Assembly: GCA_964391795.1 (NCBI GenBank) | Contig: CAYMNM010000001.1 | Span: 1 to 57,101, forward strand | Length of the DNA stretch: 57,101 bases | Reading direction: 5' to 3' | DNA from: an uncultured Anaerolineaceae bacterium | Lineage (GTDB): Bacteria > Chloroflexota > Anaerolineae > Anaerolineales > Anaerolineaceae | Part shown: in pieces, positions 1-8,136 of the stretch | Numbering within the stretch: position 1 is the stretch's first letter | Layout of the letters: the number at the start of each line of letters is the position of its first letter | Notes under the pieces: model-generated | The model's database searches: none | What the model was told of the DNA's origin: nothing | What the model saw: only the letters and a program-made list of their open reading frames with translations | Program-made: the position numbers and the translations under genes

Positions 1-831
1 GTCCTTAAAGGTGGTTATGACAAAGTTGAAAAAGTTATGCTCTTCCTCTGCCTTTCAGCTTTGGCTTACGTGGCTACAGTCTTCATCATCAAACCAGATT
101 GGGGTGAGATCGCCCAGGCAGCGTTTGCTCCAAAGATTGAATTCAATAACGATTACATTCTCGCCATCCTTGCTGTAATTGGTACAACCATCACCCCCTG
201 GGGTATTTTCTATCTGCAAGCCTCAGTTGCTGATAAGGGGGTGGATATGGATCAGTATGGCCATACCAAGCTCGATGTTGCCTTTGGTGCTGGTTGGGGT
301 AATATCATTTCTGCTTTCATCATCATCACTACTGCAGCAACATTATTCACCAGTGGGATTATTGTCACCAATGCCACAGAGGCTGCATTAGCGCTTGAAC
401 CGCTGGCAGGCAGCGCTTCCAGAATTCTTTTTGCTATCGGTCTGCTTGGGGCTTCACTTCTTTCGATCTCAGTTTTGCCTTTGGCTACAACTTATGCGAT
501 GTGCGAAGCTTTCGGTTTTGAGAGGGGTTTAAACCGCCCAATGAAGGAAGCACCCGCTTTCTATTCCACCTTTAGCATAATCACAATACTCAGCATATTT
601 TCCATTCTCTTTGTTCCCAGCCGATCGCTTTTCCAATTCATGCTTTATTCTCAAAGCTTGAACGGTATTTTGTTGCCAATCCTCCTGGTTTTAGTGCTCA
701 TTCTTGCTAATAACAAAAGCATTATGGGCAAATGGAAGAATCGAACATTTCAGAATGTTTTGGCAATTGCTATGACGGTGATGATCTTCGGGATTACAAT
801 CGTGCTTTTTGTGGAGCCTTTTCTGAGGTAA
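1..831 (+). CDS. NRAMP/MntH-family divalent-metal transporter, C-terminal part (5' end outside window)
   Basis: Frame 1 is open from nt 1 (VLKGGYDKVEKV precedes the first Met at 37). The product is a series of hydrophobic helices with an NRAMP-like segment GTTITPWGIFYLQAS. Stop TAA at 829-831. Confidence 0.7.
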   Translation, partial: VLKGGYDKVEKVMLFLCLSALAYVATVFIIKPDWGEIAQAAFAPKIEFNNDYILAILAVIGTTITPWGIFYLQASVADKGVDMDQYGHTKLDVAFGAGWGNIISAFIIITTAATLFTSGIIVTNATEAALALEPLAGSASRILFAIGLLGASLLSISVLPLATTYAMCEAFGFERGLNRPMKEAPAFYSTFSIITILSIFSILFVPSRSLFQFMLYSQSLNGILLPILLVLVLILANNKSIMGKWKNRTFQNVLAIAMTVMIFGITIVLFVEPFLR

Positions 832-1852
832 TTTCTGCTCTTTCTTCGCTCAAGGCGCAGACTAGAGAATAAATTGAGGCGTGGGAAATAACCCCCCCGT
901 TTTGCCTTAATCGCCACGATGGTCTTCCATCCGTCATAAGCGTTTCAACCACTGGCAAATCGCTTTCCCCCTCCTCCAGAACATCAAGTCCAACGCGGAT
1001 GAGGGCTCGCATCGTCCAGAATTTTTCAATCCCGCTTCCGCGTAGAATTACTTTTTGATGTTTTTCATTTTCAGTCTTGAACTTACCGGAAATGGGGTCA
1101 AACTCTACACCAGGCCGATTGAAGGTTTTTCCAAATTCACCTTTCAACACCAAATCCTCTGGTGAACCTTGCGAAATGCTTCCATCACGATCCATCAGCC
1201 ATAACCTGTCCGCCACCTGAAGTGCCAGATCAAGGTCGTGCGTGGAACACAATACTGCTTTTTCTTCCTGATGAGCAAGTTTCTTGAGCATCAGCATCAT
1301 TTTCACCCTGCCGGGAAGGTCCAAATATGCGGTAGGTTCATCAAGGATCATCAGCCTGGGTTCCTGAGCCAGAGCCCTGGCTACCATTACATGCTGCCGT
1401 TCGCCATCACTTAATTCGGAGACAAATCTCCCTGTCAGGCCATCAGCTTCGGCAGCCTCCATAGCTTTTTGCACAACTTTTTCATCAGATTTATCACGTC
1501 TGTCAAAAAAATTCGTATAAGGGAAGCGACCCAAGCCAACCAGTTCCTCAACGCGCATTTGCCCCACTTCTACTGGATCGGTCAGTACCAGGCTGATCGT
1601 TTTAGCAACTTCATTTTCGGCCACTCTGGTAATATCTTTGCCACCTAAAACAACCGTGCCCGCCAATGCGCTTTGCAAGCTAGCTAAGGTGCGAAGAAGG
1701 GTTGTCTTGCCGGCGCCATTCGGGCCGATTAGGCAGACTAACTCTCCAGCTTTCAGAACGAGGTTCAGATTGCTGGCAACAAGCCGGCTTAGTTTACCGC
1801 CCAGGCGATACCCGATACTCAAATTCTCAGTTTGGAGCACTTTAGTGTTCAT
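794..1852 (-). CDS. ABC transporter ATP-binding protein (FecE/BtuD-like, type II importer) with about 95-aa C-terminal extension
   Basis: Walker A GPNGAGKTT, signature LSDGERQ, Walker B LMILDEPTAYLD, H-loop STHDL. Start moved from ORF-track 2104 to ATG 1852 (MNTKVLQTENL), which overlaps the permease stop as ATGA. The upstream 84 codons lie inside the permease gene. Confidence 0.9.
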   Translation of the reverse strand: MNTKVLQTENLSIGYRLGGKLSRLVASNLNLVLKAGELVCLIGPNGAGKTTLLRTLASLQSALAGTVVLGGKDITRVAENEVAKTISLVLTDPVEVGQMRVEELVGLGRFPYTNFFDRRDKSDEKVVQKAMEAAEADGLTGRFVSELSDGERQHVMVARALAQEPRLMILDEPTAYLDLPGRVKMMLMLKKLAHQEEKAVLCSTHDLDLALQVADRLWLMDRDGSISQGSPEDLVLKGEFGKTFNRPGVEFDPISGKFKTENEKHQKVILRGSGIEKFWTMRALIRVGLDVLEEGESDLPVVETLMTDGRPSWRLRQNGGVISHASIYSLVCALSEERAEITSEKAPQKARL

Positions 1853-2940
1853 ATGCTCACCCCGGAACCAGCTTTGCGCCTGAGGATGATCCAGAGGACA
1901 AATGGTGCACCGAAGAGCGATGTAATGACATTGATCGGCAGTATGAAGGCAGTCCCTGGTAACTGTGTAAGCACATCTGCCAAAAGCGCTGCGCTCGCGC
2001 CTAAAACCAGAACGGCCGGTAATAAAAGTTTGTGGTTTGATGTCCGCATCAGATTTCTGGCGATGTGAGGGATGGCCACCCCTAAGAAGCCAATCGGACC
2101 ACAAAATGCAGTAGCCGTACCTGCCAGAATAGAAGCCCCTAAAAGAATAAAAAAACGTGTGCGAGGTAGATTCAACCCCAGAGATCTGGCGTAATCCTCC
2201 CCAAGCAATAATGCATTTAAACTTTTTCCAAGCAAGGTGCTAATTAAGATGCCGACAATCATCACAGGTGCCATAACTCTTAGTTGGCTCCAGGTAACGC
2301 CTCCAAAAGAACCATAAGTCCAGATCATATAAGCCTGGATACGCTCTGGTAGGCTGAAGTAAATCATTAAACTCACCAAGGCAGAAGTGGCATAGCCAAA
2401 CATCAGACCCAAAATTAGCAACGTGTTTGATGATTTCACAGTTCTGGAAACCAGCATCACCAAGCCAAAGACCAACGCTGCCCCAAGAATTGCAGCTGCT
2501 GCTACCCCCAGATCACCCATCGTGGTTAGTTGGGTCATGAAGAGCGAACCTACCGTGCCAACACTAAGTATGGCAAGCGCAACACCCAGCGACGCTCCGG
2601 AGTTTATGCCCAGAATAAACGGATCAGCAAGGGGATTCCTGAAAAATGTCTGCATCAATAAACCTGAAACTGCCAATCCGGAACCAACCAGAACAGCTGT
2701 AATTGCCTTGGTCAAGCGAATATTGAGCACAATATCATGCCAGATTGGCATATCTGTTTGGCTTCCACTTAAGATGCGAACAATATAACTGGCTGGAATC
2801 TTCAGGCTGCCATAGCTCAGATCCAGGATCAATACCAGAACAAACACCAGGGTAAAAAACGCCATCCATCCCAGGAAATACCCGTATTTGCCTTCATGCG
2901 AAGGCAAATCAATTGTGTTTTGAGTGGATGGCGAGTTCAT
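1849..2940 (-). CDS. FecCD/BtuC-family ABC permease (iron-siderophore/cobalamin type)
   Basis: Polytopic membrane protein with a typical FecCD glycine-rich pattern (ILGINSGASLGVA, GPIGFLGVAIPHIAR). ATG at 2940 is preceded by GAGG. The ORF-track start at 2949 is a TTG that overlaps the upstream stop codon. Confidence 0.88.
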   Translation of the reverse strand: MNSPSTQNTIDLPSHEGKYGYFLGWMAFFTLVFVLVLILDLSYGSLKIPASYIVRILSGSQTDMPIWHDIVLNIRLTKAITAVLVGSGLAVSGLLMQTFFRNPLADPFILGINSGASLGVALAILSVGTVGSLFMTQLTTMGDLGVAAAAILGAALVFGLVMLVSRTVKSSNTLLILGLMFGYATSALVSLMIYFSLPERIQAYMIWTYGSFGGVTWSQLRVMAPVMIVGILISTLLGKSLNALLLGEDYARSLGLNLPRTRFFILLGASILAGTATAFCGPIGFLGVAIPHIARNLMRTSNHKLLLPAVLVLGASAALLADVLTQLPGTAFILPINVITSLFGAPFVLWIILRRKAGSGVSI

Positions 2941-2945
2941 TTGCC

Positions 2946-4178
2946 TCAATTTACTCTTGTGTAGTAGAAAAGCTGGTGATCTGGCAACAGCTCGGGATAA
3001 AAGATCTTTACCAGGTCCCTGAGAACAAGATCGGGGTTGGCGACCCCCCCTTCATAAAAATCTGTGCCGCCATTTGGGTTCACACGGGCATTATTGTTGT
3101 AAACTTTCCCTTCCTTTACTGCCATGAACTCACTGTACCTGGCATCTTCTGAAACCAGGCTAGCAAGATCGGAAGCAAACCCAATATTCAACCAATAATC
3201 AGCCTCTTTGGCTTTCTCATAGACAATTTCGAATGCTAATGGTGAAGCCCCTGTGCCTTCAACATTCTCAGCAAAAAGGTAATTTGCGCCGGCGTCTCTT
3301 AACAACTCGGCTACATAGCTTTCTTTGCCAGGCATGTACCAACTACCCTGATAAGCGGTATTGACAAACACGCTGGGTTTTTGCTCCACTTCTTCGACCA
3401 AGGATTTAACTTCCTCATAGCGGGCAACCATCTGATCAAATACTTGGCTCGCCTCTTCTTCCATCTCAAAGAATGCAGCGATGAACTTGCCCCATTCTGC
3501 TCTTCCAAGCGGTGAGTTTTCCAGGTAGTCAGCATTCAGAACCAGGGTTTGTCTGGCTTCATTGAGCTTGGCTTCCTCAAGTACCTGCGCATTCAGGTAA
3601 GGCGCCATCAAAATATCCGGCGAGATTTCAATCACTTTCTCAAGGTTTAGCTTTGCGCTAAAACCATCCCCACCAACAACCGCGATTACACCTTTCTCAA
3701 CTTTGCTCCGGATAGTTTCATTGAAGGTGTACGTGCCGTCGTCAATTCCAACTACATTGTCCAGCTTATCAATTTGATCGAGCATGGGGTAGTAGGTGGA
3801 AGAGAGGGTGATGATTTTTTCAATAGGTGTTTGGACGATGACAGCATCCTGCTCTGCCACTTCAGGAGATGTTCCCTTAGGCACTAAAACGTAACGCACG
3901 GGCATTGTGCTGTCGGGGGTCTTCACACTGAGCAGTTTATAACCTTCCCTGTATTCAAGGGTGAAATTCTTTGCGTACCTGATTGTGACAGGTGCAATAA
4001 TTGGGGCAACATCTGGTTCCTCAGTGGATTCAACGTTTGCCTCTGGAATTGGTGCCACGGTTTCCACTAAGGCAGGCGCAACTTCTACCTCTGTTTGGGA
4101 TACCGCAGGAGGTAGAGCCTGGCACGCACCAAGAACAAGAGCTAAAAAGAAAAGTATTACGGAAATGGATTTTTTCAT
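2946..4178 (-). CDS. ABC substrate-binding lipoprotein (BtuF/FhuD-like periplasmic binding protein) with acidic/Pro-rich N-terminal linker
   Basis: Lipoprotein signal MKKSISVILFFLALVLGAC. ATG 4178 is preceded by GGAGA. The 10 extra N-terminal codons of the ORF-track model overlap the riboswitch terminator. Same-strand, tightly spaced with the permease and ATPase genes. Confidence 0.85.
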   Translation of the reverse strand: MKKSISVILFFLALVLGACQALPPAVSQTEVEVAPALVETVAPIPEANVESTEEPDVAPIIAPVTIRYAKNFTLEYREGYKLLSVKTPDSTMPVRYVLVPKGTSPEVAEQDAVIVQTPIEKIITLSSTYYPMLDQIDKLDNVVGIDDGTYTFNETIRSKVEKGVIAVVGGDGFSAKLNLEKVIEISPDILMAPYLNAQVLEEAKLNEARQTLVLNADYLENSPLGRAEWGKFIAAFFEMEEEASQVFDQMVARYEEVKSLVEEVEQKPSVFVNTAYQGSWYMPGKESYVAELLRDAGANYLFAENVEGTGASPLAFEIVYEKAKEADYWLNIGFASDLASLVSEDARYSEFMAVKEGKVYNNNARVNPNGGTDFYEGGVANPDLVLRDLVKIFYPELLPDHQLFYYTRVN

Positions 4179-4193
4179 GGTCTCCTCGCCATT

Positions 4194-4227
4194 AAAAATC
4201 AAACCCAACCTGTCTCAGATTGGGTTT
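4194..4227 (-). terminator. Intrinsic terminator forming the expression platform of the cobalamin riboswitch
   Basis: Minus strand reads AAACCCAA-TCTGAGACAGG-TTGGGTTT followed by GATTTTTAAT. It sits 16 nt upstream of the binding-protein ATG. Confidence 0.7.
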
Positions 4228-4410
4228 AAGGTGAAAAGCCACGCTTTGGCCGCCTCCTTATCCGAGAAGGTTATGGTTTGTTCCTGAGGCAGACTTCCTG
4301 ACTATTGAACGTTTGTGAAAAGGCTCAAATTACAGTTGCGGTACAGTGTTGGACTTTCACCAACTTCCGTCTTTACTCCCTGGCATCCGGGCATCGGGTT
4401 ACCTCAGGTT
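4228..4410 (-). promoter_or_regulatory. Cobalamin (B12) riboswitch, compact form
   Basis: Minus-strand B12 box AGTCAGGAAGTCTGCC (4288-4303). Conserved core GGTGAAAGTCCAACACTGTACCGCAACTGTAA (4330-4361). P1 helix CCTGAGG (4402-4408) pairs with CCTCAGG (4283-4289). Located directly upstream of a BtuFCD-like operon. Confidence 0.85.
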
Positions 4411-4523
4411 TGGTTGTAAATGTACTATTTAAAGATACCATTATCTATATGCTCCGTCAATTCAGCTTGGACAGCTGCTCAGTAATTGTGTCTACCTTGC
4501 TGAATTAAGCGTAAACTTGTGAT

Positions 4524-5153
4524 ATGTCAAAAGCAAGTTTGAAATCACTTCCAGAAACTGATCTTGCCGCTTACCAATCACTACAAACTGGTAATGATTG
4601 TGGATTGCACGCCCTCAGCGCGGCAGTCCGTCTGCTAACCAATGTTGAGATTTCTCCCCAATACCTTATTAATGAGACGAATCGTCTTTGGTGGCGTGGG
4701 AGGTTCTTCCGTGTATTTCCCTCATGGGCGATTACCCCACAACAGCTCGCCAACTTGGCAAATTACCTGGCTAAGCGTGAGAATCTATCTATCAGCGCCG
4801 AGGTAATGCACCTTTCAACACAGATACTTCAGAACCTCATTCCCGATTCCAGCCTGGCTTGCGTGGTCACAATTTATTGGCTGCCTGGTAAAGCCCCTGC
4901 CATCTACCATTGGAATAAGCCTCAAAACACCAATGAACATCACGGTTTGGAAGGCCATACGATGCTCCTGGCTGCCTATGACCCCTCACACTACAATGGT
5001 GATATCCAAACACCCTGGGGGTTCATCAACTCATGGGTCGACAGAAGTTCTGGTTTGTTCTGGATGGAAAACGAAGCCTTTGAGAAATCGTGGGGGTTTC
5101 CGTTGCCTATTGTCGGCAACCATGCTGCAACAATCATTTCCTACAACGATTAA
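4524..5153 (+). CDS. Papain-fold cysteine peptidase-like protein (peptidase C39-like)
   Basis: Q-x4-NDCGLHAL nucleophile context near the N-terminus, later GHTMLLAAYD (candidate His) and FINSW (Asn/Asp). No signal peptide. Family assignment is from motif recall only. Confidence 0.5.
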   Translation: MSKASLKSLPETDLAAYQSLQTGNDCGLHALSAAVRLLTNVEISPQYLINETNRLWWRGRFFRVFPSWAITPQQLANLANYLAKRENLSISAEVMHLSTQILQNLIPDSSLACVVTIYWLPGKAPAIYHWNKPQNTNEHHGLEGHTMLLAAYDPSHYNGDIQTPWGFINSWVDRSSGLFWMENEAFEKSWGFPLPIVGNHAATIISYND

Positions 5154-5166
5154 ATCAGGTTACAAG

Positions 5167-5832
5167 CTATCCAATTGGAAAGCTTGTTGCGGGGTTTTCA
5201 CTTAAAACTTCAAGATTAAATTGACCCCTGCTAAGCTCCTGAACTTCACGCTCGAACGCTTCCAAATTCGCTTTTTCCAATCTGACACTCAACCTTACTG
5301 TCTCAGTAAAGTTCTTTTCCAATTCAATCGCTTCAAATTTGCCTGCAACTTTTTGTATTTGATCAAAAAAACTGTACGCAAAACTCAAACGCAAGTCCAC
5401 GGTGTGTACCAATCTGGCTCTTTTTGTCTCTTTCAGAACAGCTTTAACTGCTTCGGTGTAAGCTCTCACCAAGCCGCCAGTTCCCAGTTTGATCCCGCCA
5501 AAATAGCGTGTCACTACTACAACTACGTTTCCAAGCCCACTGCCCTGTAACACGCGCAGGGCAGGTTGCCCAGCGGTTCCAAAAGGTTCGCCGGCATCGC
5601 TGGCATGAGTGATCACCGAATGGCCGTGTCCAATGATAAAAGCTGGCACATGATGGCTGGCATCGGCAAACACCTGACCAGTCTGTTTGATGAACTCCCG
5701 AGCTTCTTCTACACTATTTGCAGGTGCCAAACTGGCAATAAAGCGCGAATTTTCAATTTCAATTTCAGACTGGGCTTTTGCCGCCGGAACTAATCTATCC
5801 TCAACTGTCTGTGAGACCACGTGCTTAGCCAT
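5167..5832 (-). CDS. YigZ/IMPACT-family (UPF0029) protein
   Basis: ENSRFIASLAP...HHVPAFIIG...ASDAGEPFGTAGQPALRVL...VVVVVTRYFGGIKLGTGGLVRAY is the canonical YigZ N-terminal domain. Start set to ATG 5832 (MAKHVV). Confidence 0.85.
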   Translation of the reverse strand: MAKHVVSQTVEDRLVPAAKAQSEIEIENSRFIASLAPANSVEEAREFIKQTGQVFADASHHVPAFIIGHGHSVITHASDAGEPFGTAGQPALRVLQGSGLGNVVVVVTRYFGGIKLGTGGLVRAYTEAVKAVLKETKRARLVHTVDLRLSFAYSFFDQIQKVAGKFEAIELEKNFTETVRLSVRLEKANLEAFEREVQELSRGQFNLEVLSENPATSFPIG

Positions 5833-5860
5833 GCGGCAATCATAAACTATAATTATCTTT

Positions 5861-6175
5861 ATGCAGCCTTTCCTGGATCTCATTCTTCAATCCCCGATCC
5901 TTATTTACTATGCAGTTATTAACCTTGTCGTGGCGGTTCTCTATTTAATTGACAAACTCAAGGCAATTGGTCGCCGCTGGCGAATCTCTGAGAAAAACCT
6001 ATTACTGCCTGCGGTGATTGGGGGTGCTTTTGGCGGTTTGGTGGGAATGCTAATCTTCAGACACAAAACCCGTAATTCCAGGTTTTGGGCAATTAATGGA
6101 ATTTTCGCGGCTCTTCACTTGGTGATTCTTTTCTTTCTCACACAAAATGAGCTTGTTCCACGCCTTCCCTGGTAG
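5861..6175 (+). CDS. DUF1294-family small membrane protein
   Basis: YLIDKLKAIGRRWRISEKNLLLPAVIGGAFGGLVGMLIFRHKTRNSRFW matches my recollection of the DUF1294 signature. Confidence 0.75.
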   Translation: MQPFLDLILQSPILIYYAVINLVVAVLYLIDKLKAIGRRWRISEKNLLLPAVIGGAFGGLVGMLIFRHKTRNSRFWAINGIFAALHLVILFFLTQNELVPRLPW

Positions 6176-6244
6176 AAATATATCTTAACAACCGCAAATC
6201 ACCATCCAATCGTATATAATTGTTTAAATTAACAGAGAATCATC

Positions 6245-8110
6245 TTGGATGAGACTATGGTTGAAGTAGAACAAATTTATGAGATAAGGCCGCGTATCGC
6301 CGACGAGTTTCAGGTTGGGTCCTTTGAACCCCGCACTGAGGCTATGCAGCGCGCCTGGGAATGGGGCAAAAGTGTTCACGGAGGTCAATTACGCCTTTCC
6401 GGAGAACCCTATTTCGAGACTCACTGCGGTTGGGTGGCAGCCTTCGTTGATAAATTGGTCAACATAGAATCCTGGACAATAGCAGCATTGCTGCATGATG
6501 CCATTGAAGACCAGGGCGGCTCCCTGGAAGAAATCCGCAATCTTTTCCCCGGTCAGTTGGGGCTTGAAGTCTCCCATATCATTGACGGTGTGACTAAAAT
6601 GTCAAATCCGCGTGATGGTAGCAATCGCGAAATCGAGACTCTGCGGAAAATTGCCATGTTCCGCGACCCAGCAGTCTTTGTTGTCAAATTAGCAGACAAA
6701 TCCCACAATCTGATGACCTTACACCACATGTCAGTTGGCAAGCAGTGGCAAAAAGCCACTGAGGCCATCCGGGCATATGGAAAACTGGCGGGTATTCTAA
6801 ATTGCTACCGCTGGCGCCGTTGGATTGAGGATATGGCCTTCCCTTACGCCGAACCTCAGGCTTACTCCCGTGTGCGCTCTCAAATTGATAGTGACCCGCG
6901 TCTAAACGTTGATTTCATTCGTTACTACCTTGGCGAACTTGGCAAACTGATGCAAAAAGAAGACATTGATGGCCAGGTACGTGTAGTAGTAAACGGCTAT
7001 TGGCAATCCTGGGATAAGCTGCAGCGCATGGCCCGAGCGCGCCGCACTTCTCTTGAAAACTTTTCTGCTCTCAACGACCTTGTAAGTTTCCGTATGCTCG
7101 TGCGCACACAAGATCTGGCAAAATGCTATCAGTTGCTCTCCCGCGTTAACCAGTATTTTGGCAAAAACATCGATCAGGACCGTTTTGATGACTACCTGGC
7201 GGACCCACAGAACGGTTATCGTGCACTTCAGGTGACCAGTTGGATCCCCGGAGCCGGCGCGATTGAAGTTGCCATCACAACTGAAGAATTTGAAGGTGAA
7301 AACACCTGGGGTGTCATTTACTGCATTAAAAATCAGAAACCGATCACTCAGTATCGGCCTATCCAGGTTCTTACTCCCTACGGAGGCACACGCTTCCTAC
7401 CTGAGGGAAGTACGGTTCTTGATGGTGTTGCCGCCGTGCAAGAATTTTATCTTGATAAGATTCACTCTGTACTCGTTAACGGCGTTGAACGCAACCTCTA
7501 CGACCCGCTGGACCCTGGGGATGTGATCGAAGTCATCACCACTGGCACTCACATCACGCCGATACCAGATTGGCTGAACCACAGCAACAGCTATACCGCC
7601 CGGCGTCTACGTTCGGTCTTAGCCATGGTTGGCCTCAAAAAGGCCAGTCGGGCAGGGCGCACAATCATTCATCCCATCCTTGCCAAACGTGGCTTGTTGG
7701 ACCTTGAGGACGTTCAATCCCTCGAACCCAGCCGCATTGAATCATTGCTCGGCTTGCTGGCTTGTGCCAATTTGGATGACCTTTATGCCGCCGTTGGAGA
7801 CGATTCAATCTACATCAACGAATTGGAAAACGCGTTGGACCTGGTTGGTATCTCACAAACTTCTTTGGGATGGACTACCGTCGAAGTTGAAGGTTCGGTA
7901 GACTCAAACCGCCCGGGTGCCCTGGCCTATTTTGCCAGCCTGGTTGGAGATGCCGGTGCTAACATCATCCGTACCGTTAATACAACCTCTGCCAACGGGC
8001 ATTTTTCATTACGTATGGTCCTGAATGGATTGAACGCGGAACAAAAATTAAAACTTTGCGACTTGTTTGAGAAGAGCCGCTTCCCACTCATCAAAGTGGA
8101 AATTGTATAA
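6245..8110 (+). CDS. Long RelA/SpoT homologue: HD (p)ppGpp hydrolase, degenerate synthetase-like domain, TGS, ACT
   Basis: HD motifs ALLHDAIED and KLADKSHN. Synthetase-like region with DLVSFRMLV, NGYRALQVT and IEVAITT. TGS-like VLTPYGGTRFLPEGSTVLDGV...GDVIEVIT. ACT-like C-terminus. ORF-track start is TTG 6245; the first ATG is at 6257. Confidence 0.85.
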   Translation: MDETMVEVEQIYEIRPRIADEFQVGSFEPRTEAMQRAWEWGKSVHGGQLRLSGEPYFETHCGWVAAFVDKLVNIESWTIAALLHDAIEDQGGSLEEIRNLFPGQLGLEVSHIIDGVTKMSNPRDGSNREIETLRKIAMFRDPAVFVVKLADKSHNLMTLHHMSVGKQWQKATEAIRAYGKLAGILNCYRWRRWIEDMAFPYAEPQAYSRVRSQIDSDPRLNVDFIRYYLGELGKLMQKEDIDGQVRVVVNGYWQSWDKLQRMARARRTSLENFSALNDLVSFRMLVRTQDLAKCYQLLSRVNQYFGKNIDQDRFDDYLADPQNGYRALQVTSWIPGAGAIEVAITTEEFEGENTWGVIYCIKNQKPITQYRPIQVLTPYGGTRFLPEGSTVLDGVAAVQEFYLDKIHSVLVNGVERNLYDPLDPGDVIEVITTGTHITPIPDWLNHSNSYTARRLRSVLAMVGLKKASRAGRTIIHPILAKRGLLDLEDVQSLEPSRIESLLGLLACANLDDLYAAVGDDSIYINELENALDLVGISQTSLGWTTVEVEGSVDSNRPGALAYFASLVGDAGANIIRTVNTTSANGHFSLRMVLNGLNAEQKLKLCDLFEKSRFPLIKVEIV

Positions 8111-8136
8111 TCCCAAGTGCTGGATTAATTAAATAC

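Noticed and set aside
1853-2104. 84-codon N-terminal extension of the ABC ATPase in the ORF track (ORF 794..2104).
   Set aside because: The extension lies wholly inside the permease gene in another frame and has an arbitrary Arg/Cys-rich composition. The ATG at 1852 gives the normal ABC N-terminus and an ATGA overlap with the permease stop.
4305-4508. 67-aa plus-strand ORF in the intergenic region.
   Set aside because: It lies antisense to the cobalamin riboswitch core, has no SD and has an odd composition. The region is explained by the riboswitch and the divergent promoters.
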